A DNA stretch of 64,000 nt from Gammaproteobacteria bacterium (GTDB lineage Bacteria > Pseudomonadota > Gammaproteobacteria > Natronospirales > REEB76), in the NCBI GenBank assembly GCA_036383255.1, contig DASVOS010000009.1, positions 148,110 through 212,109 of the forward strand, in the 5' to 3' direction. Position 1 is the first letter of the stretch; each line of letters starts with the position of its first letter. Position numbers and translations under genes: made by a program. Shown in pieces: positions 49,859 to 59,173 of this stretch. The notes below the pieces were generated by a model that worked only from the letters and a program-made list of their open reading frames with translations, searched no databases and was not told where the DNA came from.

Positions 49859-51790
49859 TCAGGCGGCGATGCCGATCTCGGCGGACTTGAACATGCCCTC
49901 GTCGAGGATCGCCTCGGGTGCCTCACCTTCCAGGAAGACCCGCTGCCACAACTCGAGGTTAAGCAGCATCCACAGGCGGTCGCCGTGGTCCCAGGCGCCG
50001 TTGCGGTGCTCATTTACCAGATGCCTGATATAAGTCGCATCGAACAGTCCGCGCCCAAGCGCGCGCGGCCCCAGCACCAGCTCGTCCACGAGCGGCGCAT
50101 AGCGGCCGCGCAACCAGCGCCCCACCGGCACCGGAAAACCCATCTTGCGGCGGCCGAGGATCTCCTTCGGCAGGATGTCTTTCACCGCCGCGCGTAGCAC
50201 CGCCTTGGTCTGCCAACCCTGCAGCTTGTGGCGGCCAGGGATGGCGGCTGCGTACTCCACGAACTCATGGTCCAGGAATGGCACGCGGCTCTCGAGGGAA
50301 GCGGCCATGCTCATCTGGTCCTGCTTCATGAGCAGCTCGACCATGTAGGTCTGCATGTCAGCATGGCTCATGCGCTCGAGGGTGCCTCCCGGCGCCGCAT
50401 CGTAGTGGCCAAGACAGCCTGCGTAGGGGTCGCGGCCGCCCTTGGCCTGCGGCGTCAGCAGCCGCTGCATGGCCTCCGGAAACACCGCGAAGTTCTCGTA
50501 GAACAAGCCGCGTACGCCCGGGGTGGGCCCCAGGAAGCTGCGCTCTGCATAGCGGCGCACGGCCCGCGGGCAATGCCGCAGGAAGCTGCGGATGCCGTGC
50601 TGCAGGCGCTCAGGCACCGCCGCCCAGTAGGGACGGCCGAGCCGCTCATTCCAGGCGGTGACCCGGTAACGGTTGTAGCCCAGGAACAGCTCGTCGGCGC
50701 CCTCGCCCGTCAGCACCACCTTGACGTGCTGCTTCGCCAGTTGCGAGAGGTAAAACAGGCAGATGCTCGAAGGGAAGGCGATGGGCTCGTCCTCGTGCCA
50801 GATCATGCGCGGCAGCGCCCGCATGAAGTCAGCGGATGAGAGCAGCATGTCCCGGTGCTCGGCACCCACCGCTTTCGCCACCACACGGGCATGATCCAGC
50901 TCGTTGTATCCGTGCTCAGAGAAGCCGATGGAGAAGCTCTGGATGGGGCCGTCGACCATGGGCGCCATCAGCGCCGCGAGCGCGCTGGAATCCAGGCCGC
51001 CGGACAGGAACAGGCCCAGGGGCACGTCGCTGACGAGATGGCTGCGGACTGCATCCTGCAGCCGCTCCTTCAGGCTCTGGACGTGATCGTCGAAGGATAC
51101 TTCCGCGCCGCCGATCTCCTCAGGCAGGCGCCAGTAGCGCGAAACCTTGATGCCCTGCTCCGGGGTCCAACTCAGGGCATGGCCCGGCAGGAGCTTGCGC
51201 ACGCCCTGGAAGAAGGTCTCCTCTCCCGCCACGAAACGGGTGGCCAGGTATTCGGGCAGCACCGCCTCGTTGAACTCCGGCGCCAGCGCCCCGGCGGTGA
51301 GGATGGCCTTGATCTCGGAGGCGAACACCAGCTCGCCCGCGCAGGGCGCGTAATACAGTGGCTTGATGCCGAGGCGGTCGCGGGCCAGGAACAGCTTCTG
51401 GCGCCGGATGTCCCAGATGGCGAAGGCGAACATCCCGCGCAGGTGCTTGACGCAGTCCTCGCCATAGACCTCGTAGGCCTTGAGGATCACCTCGGTGTCG
51501 GATTGGGTACAGAAGGTGCAGCCCCGGGCCTCCAGCTTCGCCTTGAGCTCGCGGTAGTTGTAGATCTCGCCGTTGTAGCTGATCCAGGCGTGCTGGGTGC
51601 CGGCCATGGGCTGGCTGCCGGTGCCGAGATCGATGATGGACAGGCGGTTATGGGCGAGACCCACGCGACCGCGGATCACGATGCCGCTGCCATCCGGCCC
51701 CCGGTGCTGCAGCACCTCCCGCATGCGCTCCAGGCGCGCGTATTCCACCGGCGCGCCGTCGAGCTTGAGGATGCCGGCGATGCCGCACAT
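49859..51790 (-). CDS. Asparagine synthase-family glutamine amidotransferase (AsnB/WbpS-like), copy 1
   Basis: MCGIAG Ntn nucleophile; SGGLDSS PP-loop. Confidence 0.9.
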   Translation of the reverse strand: MCGIAGILKLDGAPVEYARLERMREVLQHRGPDGSGIVIRGRVGLAHNRLSIIDLGTGSQPMAGTQHAWISYNGEIYNYRELKAKLEARGCTFCTQSDTEVILKAYEVYGEDCVKHLRGMFAFAIWDIRRQKLFLARDRLGIKPLYYAPCAGELVFASEIKAILTAGALAPEFNEAVLPEYLATRFVAGEETFFQGVRKLLPGHALSWTPEQGIKVSRYWRLPEEIGGAEVSFDDHVQSLKERLQDAVRSHLVSDVPLGLFLSGGLDSSALAALMAPMVDGPIQSFSIGFSEHGYNELDHARVVAKAVGAEHRDMLLSSADFMRALPRMIWHEDEPIAFPSSICLFYLSQLAKQHVKVVLTGEGADELFLGYNRYRVTAWNERLGRPYWAAVPERLQHGIRSFLRHCPRAVRRYAERSFLGPTPGVRGLFYENFAVFPEAMQRLLTPQAKGGRDPYAGCLGHYDAAPGGTLERMSHADMQTYMVELLMKQDQMSMAASLESRVPFLDHEFVEYAAAIPGRHKLQGWQTKAVLRAAVKDILPKEILGRRKMGFPVPVGRWLRGRYAPLVDELVLGPRALGRGLFDATYIRHLVNEHRNGAWDHGDRLWMLLNLELWQRVFLEGEAPEAILDEGMFKSAEIGIAA

Positions 51791-53994
51791 CAGCGCGTCT
51801 CCACGTGGTTGAGGGGAGCGATCCCCGAACCGTCGGCCCGTTCCACGGTGACCTGCTGGCCGTTGACCCGCACGATCTCACGTCCGCCGCCGAAGATCAG
51901 CTTGGTGCTGCCGCCGGACTGCACAGCCGTCACCTCGGGCCGCTGGGTCTCCCCCGGCGCGTGGGGCACCAGCAGCGTGACTATGCGCAGCGGCAACTGC
52001 GTGGATGCGGAATAGACGAGTTGGGGCGCCGGCGCGCGCAGGCCATAGTCCGGTGAGACCCAGCCCCGGATCGGTTCTATCTCGCCCTCGTGCACTGCCG
52101 CCTGCAGTGGGGCGGTTGAGAAGGCGCGCAGGAACAGGCCGGGATCGCCGGTGCGTCCGCTGCGGGCCCAGCCGTCACCACCCAGCACCAGAGGCATGGG
52201 CGCGAACTGGAACTGCAGGTCCACCGTATGCACTTCCGCGCCTTCCAGGTCGTCCACCACCACCCAGTAGTGGGGTTTGACGAACAGCACGCGGCGGCGA
52301 TGCCGTACCGGATCGCTGAGGCGTCGGTAGGCATCATGCTCCGCGTCCACGTAGTCGAAACCCGGCGTTGATATCCAGTTGCGCAGCTTCGCCGCAGGGC
52401 GGCTGTGCCAGGCGAACGGACCCACCGGCACCGCCTGGCTCTTGTGGTCCACCACCACGGTGTTGTGGGCGGCGCTGCCGCGGAAATGATCGCGCCAGTG
52501 GGCGTTGCCCGTGTAGCAATAGGTGCCGGGGTCCACGAGCTGAGCTTTGCCGTAGGCACTGCACTGGAGGGCAAGCAGGTCCGCGTGGCCGTGACCGCCG
52601 CTCACGCGGCAACCTAGGGGTCCCACGTCAAACAGCAGCTGGTGGGCATCATGCTCCCAGCCGGTCTGCAACACCGCCTGCCCGCCTTCGGCGAAGAGGC
52701 GCGAGGGTGGCATTCCGGGTGGCGCTGGTTCCAGCGCGTCGAAGGCTTCCCAGCCGGCGCGACCCAGAAGCCAAGCCACTTCCGGCGTGATGCCTTTGGC
52801 GGCCCAGGCGTAGTCTGCACGGCCGAAGAAGGCCGCCGCCAGCGATAGCACGTCGCGGCAGTCGTCGGCGGCGCGCTGCGCGAGGGGCAGCAGCCGGCCG
52901 CCGTCGGAGTCGCCCACCTGGGGCATGCTGCCGTCGGGACGGCAGAACGCGAGCAGGCTGTCGAGCATCTTCTGTACCCGTTCCGCCGCCGAAGCCGGCA
53001 GTTCGATGCCGTTGCGCCGGGCGAGGATGAGGAAGTGCAGGTAGATCTCGATGGTATAGCGCTGGTAGCAGGTGGACTGCTCGAAGTACACGCCGTCCGC
53101 GTGCACCTGGCGAGTGAGCTGCTCCAGCAGGATGTCCTGGCCCAGGCGGCGCCAGCGGGCGGCACGCGGAAGCTCAGGGAACAGCACGCCGGCATAGAAC
53201 AGGCCGAGCGCCTCGCCGGTGAGGTGGGTATTGGGCGAGAAATAATGGGAGAGGTATCTCTCCACATGGGAGGCATGGGCACGCAGCCAGCCGAGCATCT
53301 CGGCATGCAGGCCAGGCGTGAGGGGCGGCGCGCCGCGGAACAGTTCCATCGCCCAGCACCAACTGATCAGCCGGTATGCGACCTCCAGGCTGCTGGCCCA
53401 GTTGATGCCCATGCCGGGCGGGTTCGCCCGCATCCAGTCGCGCACGCTCTCGGCGAACACCAGTGCATAGCGCTCCTCGCCGCTCAGGCGCCAGGCCTGG
53501 GCCAGGTGCACCAGCCACTGGTGGCGATTGAGCTCCCAGGTGACCTTGCTGTCGCCGACCTTGTCCGGGTCCAGGGGGTTGATGCGGCTCCAGTGCACCA
53601 GCGGGGCACGGCAACCAGAGACCGCGTCCCGATGCCAGTCGAGAGGTTCGCTCAGGAACAGGGCACGGTGTCCCAGCAGGCTGAAGCTGCGCTGGCACAG
53701 GGCCTCGCCCGCGGCGAGGCTGCGCTCACGGGTGCCGGGGAGGCGTGCGGCGAAGAAATCCGCGAGGCCGGGTTCCGCCGGACCGGCGAAGAACTGCCCG
53801 GCGTGTGCCGGCTTGCGCTGCGCGCTGTCCTGGCTCCAGGCCGGCAAGGGGCGTGGCGCGAGGTGATCGAATAGTCCGAGGCTGCGTACGCCCTCTTTCT
53901 CTACCGCCACGCGGTCGAAGGTGCGCCACACTTCCTGCCAGCCGCGGCTCGCGATGTCCGACAGTTCGGCGCGCATCAGGTTCTCGAACTTCAT
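51790..53994 (-). CDS. Heparinase II/III family protein
   Basis: HYFSPNTHLTGEALGL and GGHGHADLLA motifs typical of heparinase II/III-like proteins. Confidence 0.75.
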   Translation of the reverse strand: MKFENLMRAELSDIASRGWQEVWRTFDRVAVEKEGVRSLGLFDHLAPRPLPAWSQDSAQRKPAHAGQFFAGPAEPGLADFFAARLPGTRERSLAAGEALCQRSFSLLGHRALFLSEPLDWHRDAVSGCRAPLVHWSRINPLDPDKVGDSKVTWELNRHQWLVHLAQAWRLSGEERYALVFAESVRDWMRANPPGMGINWASSLEVAYRLISWCWAMELFRGAPPLTPGLHAEMLGWLRAHASHVERYLSHYFSPNTHLTGEALGLFYAGVLFPELPRAARWRRLGQDILLEQLTRQVHADGVYFEQSTCYQRYTIEIYLHFLILARRNGIELPASAAERVQKMLDSLLAFCRPDGSMPQVGDSDGGRLLPLAQRAADDCRDVLSLAAAFFGRADYAWAAKGITPEVAWLLGRAGWEAFDALEPAPPGMPPSRLFAEGGQAVLQTGWEHDAHQLLFDVGPLGCRVSGGHGHADLLALQCSAYGKAQLVDPGTYCYTGNAHWRDHFRGSAAHNTVVVDHKSQAVPVGPFAWHSRPAAKLRNWISTPGFDYVDAEHDAYRRLSDPVRHRRRVLFVKPHYWVVVDDLEGAEVHTVDLQFQFAPMPLVLGGDGWARSGRTGDPGLFLRAFSTAPLQAAVHEGEIEPIRGWVSPDYGLRAPAPQLVYSASTQLPLRIVTLLVPHAPGETQRPEVTAVQSGGSTKLIFGGGREIVRVNGQQVTVERADGSGIAPLNHVETR

Positions 53995-55094
53995 TCCAGG
54001 TCCCTCCGGTAGACGTCGGCCCAGTCTCCGGCGATGCGGGACCAGGTGTAGAGTTCCGCCTCGGCGCGGCCGGCCCGCGCGAGCTCCAGCGCCCGCTCCG
54101 GACGCTCCAAGAGCCCGTTGACGGCGCCGGCAATCGCCGGCGGATCGTGGGGCGGCACCAGCACGCCCGCTTCGCCGTGGCGCAGCATGGCGGCGATGTC
54201 GCCGGTGCCTGTGCTGATGACCGGCAAGCCTGAGGCGAAAGCCTCCAGTACCGACACCGGTTGGTTGTCCACCACCGCCGCGTTGATGAAGATGTCCGCC
54301 TCCGCGTATAGGGCTGGTATCGCGGCGGGCTCGACGCGGCCGGCGAAGCGGATGCCTTCCACGCCGAGGGAGGCGACGAGCGCCTTGAGGCGCGCCTCCT
54401 CGCTGCCATAACCCGCCACCGTGAGGGTCGCATCCGGGTGCCGCGCCTTCACCTGGGGGAAGGCCAGGATCACGTCCTCCACCCGGTAGTGAGGCTCGAG
54501 GTTGCGGACCGACAGCAGCCGGGGTTTGAGCGGTGAACGCTCGCGATAAGCAAAGCGCTGGGTGTCCACCACGTTCTTCACGACGCGGGTGTGGTAGCCG
54601 TAGTGCGCGAACACGTCGTGCAGGTACTCGGAAGGCACCACGATCTCATCGGCTAGGTGTAACCAGGGATGCACCAGCGCACCCCAGCGGGACAGGTGAT
54701 CCTCCGCCTCGCCGCTGTGGTAGTGCAGCACCGCGCGCTTGCGGAACAGCTTGGCCGCCAGCAGCGCCGGCACCGGCGCCAGCAGGAACGACCAGTAGGA
54801 AGCGGAGAAGACGTGGGCTACGTCGCTACGGCGCAACGAGGCGAGGCTCGGCAGATACAGGAGCTGGTTGAAGAAGGTGCGCGCGTAGCGCAGCTTGCGC
54901 AGCCAGCGCATGGAAGACGGGAACTGAGGATTGATGGGCAGGAAGCGCACGGCATAGCCGTTCCTGCGCAGGCCCTGGACCAGGGCCTCCGCTTGCACGC
55001 CCTGCCCGCCCAGGATCTCCAGGCCCGCCGCCACCAGGGTGACGCTGGGCGTCTGCTGGGGCGGCACTGAACCGATGTCATGTATGGCGCTCAT
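53991..55094 (-). CDS. Glycosyltransferase family 4 (GT-B)
   Basis: C-terminal EX7E region VSVLEAFASGLPVISTGTG. Confidence 0.85.
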   Translation of the reverse strand: MSAIHDIGSVPPQQTPSVTLVAAGLEILGGQGVQAEALVQGLRRNGYAVRFLPINPQFPSSMRWLRKLRYARTFFNQLLYLPSLASLRRSDVAHVFSASYWSFLLAPVPALLAAKLFRKRAVLHYHSGEAEDHLSRWGALVHPWLHLADEIVVPSEYLHDVFAHYGYHTRVVKNVVDTQRFAYRERSPLKPRLLSVRNLEPHYRVEDVILAFPQVKARHPDATLTVAGYGSEEARLKALVASLGVEGIRFAGRVEPAAIPALYAEADIFINAAVVDNQPVSVLEAFASGLPVISTGTGDIAAMLRHGEAGVLVPPHDPPAIAGAVNGLLERPERALELARAGRAEAELYTWSRIAGDWADVYRRDLE

Positions 55095-55101
55095 GGTGAC
55101 C

Positions 55102-56109
55102 TCAGAGGCGATAGCGGTAGCGCAGCATCAGCGGCAGCACCAGGAGGTACAGCCCCTTCTGCAGGCCGAAGCCGAATTGGCCGCGCCAGACCTCATCGGT
55201 GGAGATCTTCTGCACCGGGCGCATGCGGGCGTCGTTGCCAGCCACCTGGTGGCCCTGCTTCATGAGATGGCTGGTGCTCTCCTCGAAGCCGATGCGCTCG
55301 GTGCCGAGCAACTCCGCGAGCTGGCCCAGGGTGCCGTCCAGGTCAGCGGTGTAGTCCTCGTAGCGCAGGAACAGGTTCGGCCCGGGAATCTTGGGGCGCA
55401 CCCGCTCGCAGCAGTAGTTGATGGTGGCCCAGGTGCCAGCGAACCTAAGGTTGTTGCGGCGCTTGGACTTGCGCAGGGAGTACGCCACGCCGCGCACGTC
55501 CCGCACCAGATGCAACATGCGCACGTCAAGGCCCGGGACCCGCGACAGAGCCAGGGCGCGGGCCGGGTTCTTGGAAGAGTCCACGATCACGCTGGCGCCG
55601 GACAGATCGGAGATCGCGATGAACAGCGCCTGGGTGTACTCGGCATAGCGGGCGAACTGCGGCCGATCGAAGGAAAGCTCGTCGAAGGGCCGCAGCAGCG
55701 AACGCAGCCGCTCGTAGCGCCGCTGCAGCGAGCGGTATTCGCGCTCGGTGAAGTCAGGCACCGCTGCGCTCCAGCGCGCCACCACGTCGCGCCAGAAGCC
55801 GCAGTTCTGGGCGCGGGAGCCGCAGGCGCAGAATTCGTCCGGCGAGGCGATGGACTGCAACAGGTTGCCGAGTTCTCCGCAGGAGAAGGTCCCGGGGTAG
55901 GCGCCGATGAGCCGGTCCAGCAGCGTCGAGCCGCTGCGGCCATCGCCCGCGATGTAGGCTACCGTGAGCGGCTTGCGGCGGTCCTGCACGGCGCGCAGGG
56001 CGCTGCCCCGCGGCTCGGGCTCCGGCTGCCGCCCGAGGTCATCGAAGGCCAGTTGCGTGTTCGCCATACGGAAATCCCGGTATAGCCTAGATATGAATCC
56101 CATGCTCAT
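55102..56109 (-). CDS. Sulfotransferase family protein
   Basis: Start MSMGF (ATGA overlap with upstream stop); PAPS 5-prime-phosphosulfate loop GDGRSGSTLL and 3-prime-phosphate motif LVRDVRGVAYS. Confidence 0.8.
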   Translation of the reverse strand: MSMGFISRLYRDFRMANTQLAFDDLGRQPEPEPRGSALRAVQDRRKPLTVAYIAGDGRSGSTLLDRLIGAYPGTFSCGELGNLLQSIASPDEFCACGSRAQNCGFWRDVVARWSAAVPDFTEREYRSLQRRYERLRSLLRPFDELSFDRPQFARYAEYTQALFIAISDLSGASVIVDSSKNPARALALSRVPGLDVRMLHLVRDVRGVAYSLRKSKRRNNLRFAGTWATINYCCERVRPKIPGPNLFLRYEDYTADLDGTLGQLAELLGTERIGFEESTSHLMKQGHQVAGNDARMRPVQKISTDEVWRGQFGFGLQKGLYLLVLPLMLRYRYRL

Positions 56110-58025
56110 GCGCGCGCCTCCGTGGGCGCACCCAGCGTCACCGCCGGCAGGCGCAGTTCCGGCCGCGGCTTGTGCGCGTCCAGGAACTTGCGGCACCAGA
56201 GCTCGAAGGAGATCAGGGTCCAGAGCTGGAGGTTGAGGTCGCGGCCGCGCTCGTGCATGTCCAGGAGCTGGGAGATGTAGCCGCGGTCGAAGACGTGGCT
56301 GCGGGCCCCGCCATCCAGCAGCAGTTCCCGGGCGAAGCCCGAGAGTCGGCCGCGGAACCAGGCGCCCAGCGGGACCGCGAAGCCCTGCTTGCGGCGGTCG
56401 ATGATCTCGTCCGGCAGGATGCCGCGCATGGCGCGCTTGAAGATGCTCTTGGTCTCGCCGTTGCGCATGCGGTACTCAGGCGGGATGGTAGCCGCGAATT
56501 CCACCAGCTTATGGTCGAGCAGCGGCACCCGCGCCTCGAGCGAGTGAGCCATGCTCATGCGGTCCACCTTGGTGAGGATGTCCAGCGGCAGGTAGCTCTT
56601 GAGGTCCCAGTGCTGCAGGGTGGAGAGCCAATCGCCATCCAGGCGCTTGAGGAAAGCGCGCGCCTCACGCGAGGGATCGTGGTTGTCCACGAGCTCCGCC
56701 GCCTCGGGCCTGAACAGGCGCAGCTTCTGCTCGCGCTTGAACAGCGAGGTGGAGTCGAGGTAGCGGTCCGTGCCGGTCAGCGCGAGGTGTCGCAGGAAGT
56801 TACGCCCCTTGGCGCCCTCAGGCATGGAGGCTCCGATACGGCCGAGGATGCGGCGTAGCGGGGCCGGCGCGTACTCATAGAGCCGTTCACGCTCCTCCAC
56901 CCGGTAGCGGTCGTACCCTGCGAACAGCTCGTCACCGCCGTCGCCGGACAGCACGACCTTGACCTCTTGGGCGGCGAGCTTGGACACCATGTATGTGGGG
57001 ATCGCCGAGGAGTCGCCGAAGGGCTCGTCCAGGTGCCAGACGATGTCGTCTATCACCTGCCCGACGTCCGGATTGAGGATGAGCTGGGTGTGTTCGGTGC
57101 CGAACTGCTCGGCGACGCGCCGGGCCGCCGGAGTCTCGTCGTAGGCGGTTTCTTCGAAGCCGATGGAGAAGGTCTTGACCGGGCGCTCGCTGCGGCGCGC
57201 CATGAACGCCACCACCGAGCTGGAGTCGAGGCCGCCGCTCAGGAACGCGCCCACCGGTACGTCGCTGACCAGGTGCAGATCCACGGACTCCTCCAGGAGT
57301 TCGCGCAGGCGCTCGGCGAAGTACTTCTCGCCATGCACGTAGTCAGGCTCGAAGCTCACATCCCAGTAGCGCACCAGGCGCTGGGCGCCATCGGCGTGCA
57401 GGGTGAGGGTGTGGCCCGGCGGCAGCTTGTGCACGCCGGCGATGATGCTCTCCCGGCCCGGGGTGCACAGGCTGGTGAACAGGTGGTTGACCGAGCCCCA
57501 ATTGAGTTCCCGCGGGATGTCCGGAAGCGCCAGCAGCGACTTCAGTTCCGAGCCGAAGAACACCCGCCCACCGCTCTCGCCGTAGTACAGGGGCTTGATG
57601 CCGAGCCGGTCGCGGGCCAGGAGCAGGCTCTGGCAGCGCGCGTCCCACAAGGCGAAGGCGAACATGCCGCGCAGCTTGTCCACGCAGCCGGCACCGTATT
57701 CCTCATACAGGTGCACTATCGTCTCGGTGTCGGTGGCGGTGTAGAAGCGGTGGCCGCGGCCCTCCAGCTCCTTGCGCAGCTCGCGGTAGTTGTAGATCTC
57801 GCCGTTCATCACCACCCAGACGCTGCCGTCCTCGTTGCGCACCGGCTGGTGGCCGGTAGCGAGATCGATGATGCTGAGGCGGCGCATGCCGAGGCCCACG
57901 CGGCCCTGCACGTGGTAGCCCGCGTCGTCCGGGCCGCGATGCCGGATGGCATCGCACATGGCCTGGACCTCGGCCTGCTGCACGCCCCGGGGGCCGGGGC
58001 TGAAGATTCCTGCTATACCGCACAT
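56106..58025 (-). CDS. Asparagine synthase-family glutamine amidotransferase (AsnB/WbpS-like), copy 2
   Basis: MCGIAG nucleophile; SGGLDSS PP-loop; paralogous to 49859-51790. Confidence 0.9.
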   Translation of the reverse strand: MCGIAGIFSPGPRGVQQAEVQAMCDAIRHRGPDDAGYHVQGRVGLGMRRLSIIDLATGHQPVRNEDGSVWVVMNGEIYNYRELRKELEGRGHRFYTATDTETIVHLYEEYGAGCVDKLRGMFAFALWDARCQSLLLARDRLGIKPLYYGESGGRVFFGSELKSLLALPDIPRELNWGSVNHLFTSLCTPGRESIIAGVHKLPPGHTLTLHADGAQRLVRYWDVSFEPDYVHGEKYFAERLRELLEESVDLHLVSDVPVGAFLSGGLDSSSVVAFMARRSERPVKTFSIGFEETAYDETPAARRVAEQFGTEHTQLILNPDVGQVIDDIVWHLDEPFGDSSAIPTYMVSKLAAQEVKVVLSGDGGDELFAGYDRYRVEERERLYEYAPAPLRRILGRIGASMPEGAKGRNFLRHLALTGTDRYLDSTSLFKREQKLRLFRPEAAELVDNHDPSREARAFLKRLDGDWLSTLQHWDLKSYLPLDILTKVDRMSMAHSLEARVPLLDHKLVEFAATIPPEYRMRNGETKSIFKRAMRGILPDEIIDRRKQGFAVPLGAWFRGRLSGFARELLLDGGARSHVFDRGYISQLLDMHERGRDLNLQLWTLISFELWCRKFLDAHKPRPELRLPAVTLGAPTEARA

Positions 58026-58065
58026 GCGTGGGGATGCTCCTGTCGAGGCGGGCCCTAAGCCCGTC

Positions 58066-59148
58066 TCATTCCATGTGGTTGGCGCAGTGCGCCGCGAAGT
58101 CGAAGATGCCGTTGACCTGGCAGTCCATCACCGCCGGCGAGAACTGGCCGAACGCATCCAGGCAGGCGTTCTCCCAGAGGAGCCGCCGCGGGATTGTGAG
58201 AGAGGGATGATCCGTGTTGCGATGCAGGCAGGTGGTATAGGCGAAGCGGTAGCCCGCACCTGCCACGGAGCGCACCGCCAGGGCGTCGAAGCGTCCGTCC
58301 GGGTAAGCGAAGTGGCGCACCTCGGCGCCCAGGCGCCGCTCCAACTCGAGCCGCGATCCCTGCACCTCCTCCTTGATCTTCTCGGCCGACTCGTTGGTGA
58401 GAAGCGCGTGGCTGCGGGTATGTGAACCCACCTTGACGCCGGCCCGCTGCATCTCGATCAGCATGTCCCAGTCCATGGACACGTACCCGGCGCCCTCGCC
58501 TCCCGCGCCACCGAGCTTCTCCCGCAGGACTTTCATGAGGCGGATGAGCTGAGCCTGGGTCAGGGAGGCCAACAGCGCTCGGGTGGCGTGCAAGGGTTCA
58601 TCCAGCGCTCCAGCCACTCCCTGGATGCTGAAGGCGGTGATGCGGGCCTCGCCCAGGGACTGCACCAGCTCCTGGCGCGGCTCGCCCCAGGCCTTGAGCG
58701 CCCGCTTCATCAGGAGATAGAGCTCGTCATGGATCTGCAGCTCACCGGTGCCGACCAGGTCCGTGACCACGAACACTACCGCCGGGATGCCCTTGCGCTT
58801 TAGCAGCGGGAAGGCGTTCTCATACACGTCGCGGTAGCCGTCGTCGAACGTCACCACCGCCACCGGCTTGCCGGTAGGCTTGGCACCGTACAGCCAGGCG
58901 TCCATACCGTCCGGATCGGCGAACTCGAAACGCCGGCCGATCCAGTCGAGCTGCTTCTCCAGGGTGCTGGTGCTGATGAGCATGGGCGCGATGTAGCCAC
59001 GGGAATCGCGGTCGAAGTCCTCCACCACGCGGTGGTAACCGACCACCAGAGGCAAGGCGACCTTGCGGGAGCGCGCGCCGATGAGCGCGGTCACCCCGGT
59101 ACGCTGCAGCGTGGCCGCCGCAGCCGCCTTGACCATGTTACGGATCAT
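58066..59148 (-). CDS. Polysaccharide deacetylase (NodB/CE4 family)
   Basis: Start MIRNMV with [12 protein letters not shown]; VTFDDGYRD and GSHTRSH motifs. Confidence 0.8.
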   Translation of the reverse strand: MIRNMVKAAAAATLQRTGVTALIGARSRKVALPLVVGYHRVVEDFDRDSRGYIAPMLISTSTLEKQLDWIGRRFEFADPDGMDAWLYGAKPTGKPVAVVTFDDGYRDVYENAFPLLKRKGIPAVVFVVTDLVGTGELQIHDELYLLMKRALKAWGEPRQELVQSLGEARITAFSIQGVAGALDEPLHATRALLASLTQAQLIRLMKVLREKLGGAGGEGAGYVSMDWDMLIEMQRAGVKVGSHTRSHALLTNESAEKIKEEVQGSRLELERRLGAEVRHFAYPDGRFDALAVRSVAGAGYRFAYTTCLHRNTDHPSLTIPRRLLWENACLDAFGQFSPAVMDCQVNGIFDFAAHCANHME

Positions 59149-59173
59149 GTTCCTTCCTCCAGGACGGCAGTCA

